Shown piece by piece: positions 9,711-18,351 of a stretch of DNA of 64,000 nt. Every line of letters starts with the position of its first letter. The stretch's first letter is position 1. A program made the position numbers and the translations under genes. The DNA is from Spirochaetia bacterium (GTDB lineage: Bacteria; Spirochaetota; Spirochaetia; UBA9216): assembly GCA_965140585.1 (NCBI GenBank), contig OZ223269.1, forward strand, positions 288,001 through 352,000. The letters run 5' to 3'. Under the pieces are notes generated by a model. That model was not told where the DNA came from. It did no database searches and saw nothing but the letters and a program-made list of their open reading frames with translations.

Positions 9711-11080
9711 ATTACGATAACCTTCAATCCTGTTCTTGATTCTAGATCCATGAAATCAAGCATATTATAATCATAGCCTTCAGAATCAAAGCTTTCCTGA
9801 GGCAGAATAAGCTGAGTGATTTCATTGGCTTTTTCAACCGAATCAGCCATAAACATCCTGTAGGCATTTTCATAGTCGTCGATACTGAGCATTTTATCTG
9901 TTCCGATTAATCTGTCGGAGCTTTCGCAGGATACAAGAACCGCCTGAGCCTCATCCTGTTTCAGCTTGAGCTTTTTCAAAACAGCAGAAAGGATTCCGAA
10001 TCCTATTTCTGAACACATAAGAAGTGATTTACCTTTATTTTTTTCAACAGCCTGCCGGATATATTCAGCACGGTTTGGGCTGAAGTCATTTTCCATTATA
10101 ATTCCTGAACAGTACTGGAATGGGTTTGACCATTTCAGTGTTTCAACTGATTCATCACATTTTACAGCAACTTCCACAGGTCCGGGTATCGAGAGCATAT
10201 TAAAAGCATCTTCTCTGCTTATAGGAATATTTCCATTTACAGCCAGAATTGTATCACCGGTTCTGATTCCAGCATCCCAGGCCGGAGCATTTTTTACGAC
10301 ACCGGTGACAATCGGAAGTAAATCCTGTATTAGTTCTGACGCCAGGTTTATAGGGGTATTTATTTGAGATGAAATATTTTTTATTTTAGAGCGGAGTTCA
10401 CAGTATACTTTCCGCAGCTCAGGAAAAAGATCCCGTTCTATAAAAGCGGAGCATAAAGGCAGGCTGATTTCTATTTTATCAGCTCTGTTGGCATCAAGGA
10501 ATAAAGCGGTTTTTAGCAAATGCTCGTCGTCAGTAAGTTTGGGTACGGCCATGATAATTCCGCTGTAGGCAATTTCTGATTCACCAAGCAGAATAATTCC
10601 GTTAACGGTATTTTCAGATTGAAGCTCATGATCTCCCATGACAGCTCTCCGGGTATCCGTGTCGGAACTGTTGAAGATGACCTTAATATAAACATCTCCC
10701 ATTTCATTAAGAAAATTAATATTATCAGCTGTCAGAAAATGTCCGTTTGTTGTAATCTCAATCGGAGCAGCAGGATGTATCTCCCGTATATGCCTTATAA
10801 TCTTTTTGAAATCCGGATGAAGAAAGGGTTCTCCTTCGGTTACCAGAATATCCGACTGTCCTATTGAAATAGGAATTTCCGGATCAAGCTGGATAATAAT
10901 TTTTCTGATTGCAGCAATATCCTTATGCCCGCTCCGCACTGACTGAAAATCGGTAAAGTCCTGCGTCTGGCCGCAGTAGGTGCACTTACTGTCGCATAGT
11001 GTTGTGATACTAAGCTGATTCTTCTCTGCCGCTGATTTTTTCATCAGACGGGAAATGGCTTCTGTATTGTAGATACTCAT
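9707..11080 (-). CDS. Radical SAM protein with PDZ-like and DUF512-like domains
   Basis: CDSKCTYC (CxxxCxxC), EGEPFLHP, ITTNG; PAWDAGIRTGDTILAVNG PDZ signature; C-terminal LILP..SFD..G.D pattern; 4-bp overlap with Mo enzyme start. Confidence 0.8.
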   Translation of the reverse strand: MSIYNTEAISRLMKKSAAEKNQLSITTLCDSKCTYCGQTQDFTDFQSVRSGHKDIAAIRKIIIQLDPEIPISIGQSDILVTEGEPFLHPDFKKIIRHIREIHPAAPIEITTNGHFLTADNINFLNEMGDVYIKVIFNSSDTDTRRAVMGDHELQSENTVNGIILLGESEIAYSGIIMAVPKLTDDEHLLKTALFLDANRADKIEISLPLCSAFIERDLFPELRKVYCELRSKIKNISSQINTPINLASELIQDLLPIVTGVVKNAPAWDAGIRTGDTILAVNGNIPISREDAFNMLSIPGPVEVAVKCDESVETLKWSNPFQYCSGIIMENDFSPNRAEYIRQAVEKNKGKSLLMCSEIGFGILSAVLKKLKLKQDEAQAVLVSCESSDRLIGTDKMLSIDDYENAYRMFMADSVEKANEITQLILPQESFDSEGYDYNMLDFMDLESRTGLKVIVI

Positions 11081-11303
11081 TGTTGTTAATGTTATTCCTT
11101 TACTTATAATACTTTATAAAAGCCCGGAGCACCATCTTCAGTATTATAGATCGGACATTCATAATTGTATTCAGTCTGGGCTAATTGAAAGTATAAAACT
11201 GATTGTGTGATCTAAAGAAATGCATCTTACCAACTCAGGTAATGTTTGATATCATTTATCATCCTTTAAAAAGACACAACTAATTTTACCAGGAGTAATT
11301 TTC

Positions 11304-13418
11304 TTGAAAGAGATTTCACTTACTATTGATGGTGTTGAAGTAAAAGCCGTAGAAGGACAGAGTGTTCTTGACGCAGCCCTCGATGCCGGCGTTTATATTC
11401 CACATATTTGTTCACATCCTGACTTGTCTCCCCAGGGAGAGTGTAAACTCTGTGTTGTAGAAACCGGTGGAGATACAGTCCTCTCCTGTATGACTGTGGC
11501 TTCCGAGGGGATGGTTGTAAATACCAAATCCGACAAGCTCCACCATCTGCGGGTTACGGCTTTAGAGCTGATGCTGGCGTGTCATCCACATGATTGTACA
11601 TCATGTGTTGTTTATCTTAACTGCGAACTTCAGGCTATGATGCAGTACCTTAGTGCAGCACATTCCAGAATGCGAGATATAAAAAAGAAAACTATAAACC
11701 TTAACACTAATAATCCGCTGATCATCCGGGAAATGGAAAGATGTATTCAGTGCGGCCGCTGTGTTCGTGCATGTAATGAACTGCGCGGTGTAAAAGTCCT
11801 TGATTACAGAAACCATGACGGAGAAAGCTATGTAGGTACTACTGACGATTTGTCTCTGATTGAATCAAACTGCCGCTTCTGCGGAGCCTGTATTGAGGTT
11901 TGTCCGACTGGAGCACTCAGAGATGCAGACGGAATATTCAAAAAAGATGCTCCGGCTGATATTGCCAAGATTCCATGCCGGGTGGGCTGTCCCGCTCATA
12001 TTGATATCCCCCGCTATGTAAGACTTGCAAAAGAAGGCAGGTATTCTGAAGCCACGGCTGTAATCCGTGAAAAAGCGCCTTTTCCAATAAGTCTGGGATA
12101 TGTCTGCAACAGACTCTGTGAGTCTGAATGTAAACGAAACAGCCTGAATGACCCTGTATCAATCAGGGATATAAAGCGCTTTGCCGCCGAGCACGATTTT
12201 GATGAGGTTTGGAAGGAAAAGCATGAGAAAAAAACTGCAACCGGTAAAAAAATTGCGGTAGTAGGAGGCGGACCTTGCGGAATCACCGCTGCATATTTTC
12301 TTAACCGCTGCGGTCATGATGTAACTGTCCTTGAAAAACTTCCTGTTGCAGGCGGTATGCTTGCATACGGTATCCCCGAGTACAGAATGCCCAGAGACCT
12401 AATCAAAAAGGAAGTCGACACCGTTATCGCTGACGGTATTACACTCAAAACCGGGAATCAGGTTGAAAATGCTCCGGATTTGCTTAATGATGGTTTTGAT
12501 GCAGTACTTGTAGCTGTCGGCGCCTCTGAAGGCCGCAAAATAGGTATACCCGGTTCCGATCTTCCATATGTGTACACAGCTCTTGATGTCCTTCGCGAGA
12601 CTGCACTTGGTAATAAGGTTGAGCTGGGTAACAGTGTTGCTGTACTCGGAGGCGGAAATGTTGCCTTTGATATTGCCAGAGTCTGCAGAAGGCTCGGAAT
12701 TGAAGATGTCAATATGGTCTGCCTGGAAGCCGACGGAAAAATGCTCGCCGATGAAGAAGAGATAGTACAGGGCCGGGAGGAAGGAGTTAGAATTCATAAT
12801 TCCCGTACGATGATCGCTATTGAAGAAAAGGACGGAAGACCATCAGGAATCAGAAGTGCAGGAGTTAACAGCTTTTACTTTGATGCCGAGAGAAAGCTTG
12901 TTATGGACATTGCTCCTGATTCCGAAACAGTTATCCCTGCAGATACAATTATTTTTGCAACCGGACAGAAAACGGATATCGATGAGTCCTTCGGACTGGG
13001 GCTTACCCCCTTCGGTTTTGTTGATGTTAAACCGGGTAAATATGAAACAAGTGTTGAAGGCGTATTTGCTGCCGGAGATGTTGTCAGCGGGACAAAGTTC
13101 GTTATCGAGGGAATCGCCAGAGGCAAGGACGCTGCATCTGCCATAGATATCTATCTTGGTGGAGACGGAGCAGTTGGTGAAGTACTGCTTGAGCAGGAAC
13201 CGACTGAAGATAATATCGGACAGAAAGAAGGCTTTGCACTTGAAACTAGAAAACACACAGATCTTGCTCCGGCTGAAGAACGCATCAGCAGTTTTGCCAG
13301 GGTTGATCTTGGGCTTTCAAGCTGCAATGCGACTGAAGAATCTGCACGATGTCTGCAGTGTGATCTAAGGATGAAGATTGCTAAACCAAGAATTTGGACG
13401 GAATTTATAAAGAAATGA
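11304..13418 (+). CDS. Fe-S flavoprotein: NuoG/HydA-type N-terminal cluster domains fused to GltD-like FAD/NAD(P)H domain
   Basis: [2Fe-2S] PHIC..GECKLC..SC; His-ligated HPHDCTSC..C; two CxxCxxCxxxC ferredoxin motifs; GltD clusters PCRVGCPAH and VCNRLCESEC; GGGPCG and GGGNVAFD; C-terminal RCLQC. Confidence 0.9.
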   Translation: MKEISLTIDGVEVKAVEGQSVLDAALDAGVYIPHICSHPDLSPQGECKLCVVETGGDTVLSCMTVASEGMVVNTKSDKLHHLRVTALELMLACHPHDCTSCVVYLNCELQAMMQYLSAAHSRMRDIKKKTINLNTNNPLIIREMERCIQCGRCVRACNELRGVKVLDYRNHDGESYVGTTDDLSLIESNCRFCGACIEVCPTGALRDADGIFKKDAPADIAKIPCRVGCPAHIDIPRYVRLAKEGRYSEATAVIREKAPFPISLGYVCNRLCESECKRNSLNDPVSIRDIKRFAAEHDFDEVWKEKHEKKTATGKKIAVVGGGPCGITAAYFLNRCGHDVTVLEKLPVAGGMLAYGIPEYRMPRDLIKKEVDTVIADGITLKTGNQVENAPDLLNDGFDAVLVAVGASEGRKIGIPGSDLPYVYTALDVLRETALGNKVELGNSVAVLGGGNVAFDIARVCRRLGIEDVNMVCLEADGKMLADEEEIVQGREEGVRIHNSRTMIAIEEKDGRPSGIRSAGVNSFYFDAERKLVMDIAPDSETVIPADTIIFATGQKTDIDESFGLGLTPFGFVDVKPGKYETSVEGVFAAGDVVSGTKFVIEGIARGKDAASAIDIYLGGDGAVGEVLLEQEPTEDNIGQKEGFALETRKHTDLAPAEERISSFARVDLGLSSCNATEESARCLQCDLRMKIAKPRIWTEFIKK

Positions 13419-14074
13419 GCCAGAATACAGAACTATTTTTATGTGAAAAGACCGGAGAGCTTTTTCCGGATGTAAGTGAGATTCTTGAGAAGAAGGATGA
13501 TGTATGTCCTGTAGACTGGGCGCTTAATATTGCTGAAGCAGGAAGTAAAGCTTCCTGCGGCAAATGTGTTATGTGCCGCGAAGGTCTTCTGCAGATTTAT
13601 ACAATTATTTCAGATATAACCATGGATCAGGGGGAATCAGAAGATCTTGAGCTGATTACCGATGTTTGTCAGGTGATTCAGGACATTGCCGGCTGTGAGA
13701 TGGCAAAAAAAGCCTCTGAGCTTGTTTTAGCCTCAGTGCACAATTACAGTGATGAATGGGGAAAGCATATTCGTATGAAAAGATGTTCCACCCTTGTCTG
13801 TAAAAAGTTTATTAACTTTGTTATACTCCCCGATAAATGTCAGGGCTGTTTAGTCTGTAAGGAAAAGTGCCCAGATAATGCAATCCTGGGCGACAACGGC
13901 CTTATTCATGTTGTCGAACATAGTAAGTGTACTAAGTGCGGATTATGTCTTGAGATCTGTCCTCATGAAGCTGTAGTGAAAGCCGGAGCAGTTTTGCCGA
14001 AAATACCTGAAGCTCCTGTACCTGTCGGCTCATTTGAAGCGGCTGCACCTGCAAGACGTAGACGCCGCGGATAA
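13415..14074 (+). CDS. Stand-alone NuoF/HydB C-terminal Fe-S fragment with 2x[4Fe-4S] ferredoxin domain
   Basis: CPVD, SCGKCVMCREG...C (N3-type cluster), H..KRC...VC, CQGCLVCKEKCP and CTKCGLCLEICP; ATG 13415 overlaps upstream TGA. Confidence 0.85.
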   Translation: MSQNTELFLCEKTGELFPDVSEILEKKDDVCPVDWALNIAEAGSKASCGKCVMCREGLLQIYTIISDITMDQGESEDLELITDVCQVIQDIAGCEMAKKASELVLASVHNYSDEWGKHIRMKRCSTLVCKKFINFVILPDKCQGCLVCKEKCPDNAILGDNGLIHVVEHSKCTKCGLCLEICPHEAVVKAGAVLPKIPEAPVPVGSFEAAAPARRRRRG

Positions 14075-14078
14075 TTTT

Positions 14079-15059
14079 ATGGTAAATGAATTATTTCCCG
14101 GAGTATTTTCAATCGATATACCGCTGCCGGGAAACCCTTTGAAAAATTTAAACAGCTACCTAATAAAAGGTAGCGAGAGAAATCTGCTTATAGACACCGG
14201 ATTCAATATGAAGGAATGCCTTGAGGCCATGAACACCGGACTGGCTGAACTTGATGTTGATATGTCGAAAACCGACATCTTTCTTACACATCTGCATTCT
14301 GATCATATCGGACTTACTCCCTCCATTGCTTCCGACTCAAGCAGGGTTTTTATCAGTCTGGAAGATCTTGATTTGATGCTTCAGTTTATGACTGATGAGT
14401 ATAAAAATGAGATAGATCAGAAATATCTTCAGATAGGCTTTCCTTATGATGACCTTATGAGAAACAAAAGCCTCAATCCTGCAATGATATATCTTCCCTC
14501 TGAAGATGTATCATACACTAAAGTTTCCAACGGGCAGGTACTGAATCCAGGCGGTTTTAAACTGCAGTGTATTCTAACCCCCGGGCATACTCCGGGTCAT
14601 ATGTGTCTGTACAATGCTGAGCATAAAATTCTTTTCAGCGGAGATCACGTGATATTCGGTATTTCACCAAATATTACAACCTGGAAAACCCTTCCGGATC
14701 CTCTTGGAGCCTATTATACAAGTCTAAGGAAAATTGAAGAACTTGATGTTGAAAAGACTTTTTCTGCGCATCGTCAGATTGAAGGTGATGTAAAGGCAAG
14801 AAGCCGGGAATTAATTCACCATCATGATCTCAGACTTGATGAAACCATGGATATTGTTGGAAAAATAGGTAAATCGACTCCCTATGACATTGCTTCTTAC
14901 ATGAAGTGGTCAATACGCGCAAAAGACTGGACTGATTTTCCTGTTTCACAGAAATGGTTTGCGGTTGGCGAAGCCTATGCTCATCTTGAGTATCTGAGGT
15001 TCCGGGATAAACTTATTCAGACAGAGGCAGATGGTCTGTTCTATTACGAAATACAGTAG
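14079..15059 (+). CDS. MBL-fold metallo-hydrolase with C-terminal winged-helix extension
   Basis: LIDTG, THLHSDH, GHTPGH, SGDH; ATG 14079 just after upstream stop. Confidence 0.88.
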   Translation: MVNELFPGVFSIDIPLPGNPLKNLNSYLIKGSERNLLIDTGFNMKECLEAMNTGLAELDVDMSKTDIFLTHLHSDHIGLTPSIASDSSRVFISLEDLDLMLQFMTDEYKNEIDQKYLQIGFPYDDLMRNKSLNPAMIYLPSEDVSYTKVSNGQVLNPGGFKLQCILTPGHTPGHMCLYNAEHKILFSGDHVIFGISPNITTWKTLPDPLGAYYTSLRKIEELDVEKTFSAHRQIEGDVKARSRELIHHHDLRLDETMDIVGKIGKSTPYDIASYMKWSIRAKDWTDFPVSQKWFAVGEAYAHLEYLRFRDKLIQTEADGLFYYEIQ

Positions 15060-15098
15060 AGGCTCTTTCAAAACAAACTGAGTTTTGAATGCAGCTCC
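15057..15098. repeat. Short imperfect inverted repeat (REP/MITE-like hairpin)
   Basis: TAGAGGCTCT-TTCAAAAC-N7-GTTTTGAA-TGCAGCTC; no T-tail, within an operon gap. Confidence 0.45.
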
Positions 15099-15131
15099 AT
15101 ATTTTTATAAAAACACAGAAAGGAGCAGGGG

Positions 15132-17087
15132 TTGCTTAGAAATACCCGTTATCCTGAAGTATTTAAACCCATCTCCGTACGGGGAATTACTCTAAAAAAC
15201 CGGCTTCAGTATGCACCGACTGTTGTTCTTCGATGTACACCTGATGGAAAAGTCACTTCCGAGATGATCGATTACGTCGCTTTTCAGGCGAAGACCGGTG
15301 TGGCTTATGTAACCCTCGGCAATGCACCTGTTGTATATGATCGCAATTCCTCCTGGCATTGTGAAATGGATATCACAAATGATCGAAGTATTTTCGGCCT
15401 CTCCAAGCTGGTAAATGCAGCAAGAGAAAATGGAGCAGAAATTTCAATTCAGCTTTCACATGCAGGCAGGGGCGCAATGCCGCAAAAGGGAGACTATGCC
15501 CTTGCTCCGTCGGTTGTCCCTCTTCCGGGAAGAAGTGTAGACAGTCTGAAAGAGATGGATGTAGAGGATCTTGAATTTATCAAGTCTCGTTTCTGTGACT
15601 GTGCTGCCCGCTGTGTAAATGCAGGAATGAGGATGCTGATGATACAGTGCGGTCACAATAATCTGCTTGGGCAGTTCCTTTCTCCTGAAAGTAATATCAG
15701 AAAAGATCAGTACGGAGGTTCACCTGCTGCAAGGAGACGATACCCTCTTGAGATCCTGAAGGCCGTTCGGGAGACCGTCGGAGAAAATGTAATTCTTGAA
15801 ATCCGTGTAAGCGCGACTGAGGATACACCGGGAGGACTTGAATTTGATGAATCGCTTGAGTTTATGATTGAAGCCGAAGAATTTATAGATATAGTGCATA
15901 TTTCAAGGGGAAATATTTATACAAGCGGCGGAAGTTTTGCGATTTCGACTCTTTTTAAAGACAGGCTTCACAATGTTGAGTTTTCTAGAAAGGCAAAACA
16001 AGTCCTCAAAGTACCTGTCGCTGTCGTCGGAAACATCAATACAGTGGACGATGCAAATATGATAATCTCTTCCGGCAGTGCCGATATTATAGCTATGGCC
16101 AAGGCATTTCAGGCTGATAACGGTTTAATACGAAAAGCTATTATGGGCAAACCTGAAGATGTCAGACCCTGCTGCAGGTGTGATGAATGCGGAAAATTTC
16201 ATAAATTCGGAATCAGTATGCGCTGTGCAGTAAATCCATGGCTTGGGATGGATTTTAAAAACAGATGTATAATTACTCCGTCTAACAGTAAGAAAATACT
16301 TGTCGCCGGCGGCGGACCTGCTGGTATGATGGCTGCACAGATTCTGTCAGAGAAGGGGCACTCGGTTATTCTTTTTGAAAAATCAGACCATCTTGGCGGA
16401 CTGCTTTCCGACGGGTGTATGATTTCCTTCAAGAAATATATGAAAGAATATCTTGAATGGGATATTCGTGCTACACGGAAATCTGGAACAGAGATTGTTT
16501 ATAAAACTGAGGTTACAAGCAGCCTTGTAGCAGATATCAATCCTGATGCGGTAGTGGTTGCCACAGGCTCCCGGTATAGAATGCCCGACTGTACCGGTCT
16601 TGAAAGTTTGAATGTGATTCTGCTTAAAGATCTGCTGTATGGAAGAAAAACTCCGGGTGAAGAGGTTGTTATCTGCGGAGCTGGAATGAGCGGGCTTGAA
16701 ACAGCTTTGATGCTTGCCGAAACGGGACGAAAGGTCAGAATCATTGATCACATCACTGTAGAACACTTTGGTGAAAGTCTTCCGAATGTCTACGGGATGG
16801 AGTTGATGGAGAAATTGAAGAACTATCATGTAATTCTTGACGGCGGAAAATTAATCAGCAAGTTTTCCGAGCACGGTGCTGTAGCCACAGACCTTGAAGG
16901 ACGCCGGCATATAATAAAGGCTGACAGCTTTATCATTGCAACCGGTGTTGAACCGGCTGTTGAATTGTCCGAAAAGCTCCTGTCTGAATATCCGGGATAT
17001 ATTTATCCTGTCGGTTCATGTATGGGAACCGGCAGAAATCTGTATAATGCTAATCAGGAAGCCTTCTATACAGCTATTTCTCTGTAG
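15132..17087 (+). CDS. NADH:flavin oxidoreductase (OYE TIM barrel + 4Fe-4S + FAD domain; DCR/BaiCD/enoate reductase-like)
   Basis: LKNR, QLSHAGR, QFLSP..NIRKDQYGGS, CCRCDEC..CAVNP cluster, GGGPAGM, GAGMSGLE; TTG start after AAGGAG. Confidence 0.9.
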   Translation: MLRNTRYPEVFKPISVRGITLKNRLQYAPTVVLRCTPDGKVTSEMIDYVAFQAKTGVAYVTLGNAPVVYDRNSSWHCEMDITNDRSIFGLSKLVNAARENGAEISIQLSHAGRGAMPQKGDYALAPSVVPLPGRSVDSLKEMDVEDLEFIKSRFCDCAARCVNAGMRMLMIQCGHNNLLGQFLSPESNIRKDQYGGSPAARRRYPLEILKAVRETVGENVILEIRVSATEDTPGGLEFDESLEFMIEAEEFIDIVHISRGNIYTSGGSFAISTLFKDRLHNVEFSRKAKQVLKVPVAVVGNINTVDDANMIISSGSADIIAMAKAFQADNGLIRKAIMGKPEDVRPCCRCDECGKFHKFGISMRCAVNPWLGMDFKNRCIITPSNSKKILVAGGGPAGMMAAQILSEKGHSVILFEKSDHLGGLLSDGCMISFKKYMKEYLEWDIRATRKSGTEIVYKTEVTSSLVADINPDAVVVATGSRYRMPDCTGLESLNVILLKDLLYGRKTPGEEVVICGAGMSGLETALMLAETGRKVRIIDHITVEHFGESLPNVYGMELMEKLKNYHVILDGGKLISKFSEHGAVATDLEGRRHIIKADSFIIATGVEPAVELSEKLLSEYPGYIYPVGSCMGTGRNLYNANQEAFYTAISL

Positions 17088-17100
17088 ATGCTAAGACGAA

Positions 17101-18012
17101 TTAATTTAAACCGGCTCCTGCATTTTTAAAGTAGTTAATCAGATATTCATAGAAATCTTTACTCGAATTAGTCATATGCCTGCTTTTTCTCATTGATATC
17201 CCCATTACTCTCTGTCCAACGGGTTCGATTATATGGAGCGGAGTTGCAAGAACCTCCGGGGGCGGAAATTCCCTGAAGTGGAATATATAAGCAGTAGATG
17301 GGACGAAGAGAATACCTAGGTTGTTTTCAACCAGTTTATCTGAAACTTCATTCTCCATCCCTTCATAAAAGACATCAGGTTCAAAACCAAGCCTGCGACA
17401 ATAATCGCATATTATCTCTCTTACATTGAAGCTTGAGCTGTTGAAAATAAATCTTTCATTTTTAAGATCTCTCAGCGAGATTGTATGGCGATTGGAAAGC
17501 GGGTTCTGGAAATTAACAAAAGCCAGTATCTCTTCTGTGACAAGAGGTTTCCATTCAATCATATCTGAATTTATCGGGGTAAAAGAAATGGCGAAATCAA
17601 AATCACCGTTTTCAAGTCCTTCCTTCATTTCAGGAATTGTTTGAAGATACTGTTTTACATGAATATGAGGATTTTCAATCATGAAATTTACAAGAGGTCC
17701 GGAAATAAATCCGGATTCTGTTATCGCAAAAGAGACAGTACCGCTGGAGCTTTGTTCAGCCTCTTTTACTTCTCTAAGACCTTCCTCTATCTCAAGCAGG
17801 GCCATCTGAGCTCTTCTTAGAAAAATACGGCCGTTCTCATTAAGGCTTATCTTGTTTCCGTTTCTGCTGAATAACTTCTTTCCCACATTATCTTCAAGCC
17901 GTGAAATAGTCCGGCTGAGAGCAGGCTGTGATATATTTAATTCTATTGCGGCCTGAGTCATATGTTCGTATTTAGCGACAGTTTTAAAGTATTGCAGCTG
18001 TGTCAGTTCCAT
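17101..18012 (-). CDS. LysR-family transcriptional regulator
   Basis: QLQYF..VA...MTQAA.EL.ISQPALSR.I..LE...G..LF.R HTH; LysR substrate domain. Confidence 0.95.
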   Translation of the reverse strand: MELTQLQYFKTVAKYEHMTQAAIELNISQPALSRTISRLEDNVGKKLFSRNGNKISLNENGRIFLRRAQMALLEIEEGLREVKEAEQSSSGTVSFAITESGFISGPLVNFMIENPHIHVKQYLQTIPEMKEGLENGDFDFAISFTPINSDMIEWKPLVTEEILAFVNFQNPLSNRHTISLRDLKNERFIFNSSSFNVREIICDYCRRLGFEPDVFYEGMENEVSDKLVENNLGILFVPSTAYIFHFREFPPPEVLATPLHIIEPVGQRVMGISMRKSRHMTNSSKDFYEYLINYFKNAGAGLN

Positions 18013-18036
18013 TAAAATAATCCTCCTAAGTTGTCA

Positions 18037-18081
18037 CATAGCTTCAATGTAATGGAAGCATAATTATATTACATTGGACAG
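18037..18081. promoter_or_regulatory. Putative LysR binding site, copy 1
   Basis: CAT-N7-ATG dyad within CATA-N6-ATGTAATGGAA-N14-CATTGGACAG; identical conserved blocks in copy 2. Confidence 0.65.
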
Positions 18082-18194
18082 ACTGAAAGATCAATGATCC
18101 TTAAATATATTAATTCTGTCAGCATGAAGCTAAAATATTAAAAGACGTAAAACAAAAATTAAAAAAATATACAATTTTGTTAAATTCGGTTTAT

Positions 18195-18218
18195 CCGAAG
18201 TTTTATATAAAATTTCGG
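18195..18218. promoter_or_regulatory. Near-perfect 24-bp palindrome, candidate operator
   Basis: CCGAAGTTTTAT|ATAAAATTTCGG, one mismatch. Confidence 0.45.
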
Positions 18219-18256
18219 TATAAAAATTGTTTAAAAACGATATTTATAAATTTTAT

Positions 18257-18323
18257 CATAAACTGTATGTAATGGAAAGATTGTAAAACCTCATTGGACA
18301 GTAATAGTGAAGGGTGGTAGCAT
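18257..18323 (+). promoter_or_regulatory. LysR site copy 2 plus sigma70-type promoter of the ABC operon
   Basis: Same bipartite motif; TGGACA(18295-18300)-N17-TAGCAT(18318-18323) with TGn extension; GGAGGT RBS at 18341. Confidence 0.7.
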
Positions 18324-18351
18324 TATTTATCGCTTAATTTGGAGGTGTTTA

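Noticed and set aside
11304-14074. [FeFe]-hydrogenase, glutamate synthase or complex I
   Set aside because: No H-cluster motifs, no gltB, no FMN-binding NuoF core or membrane subunits.
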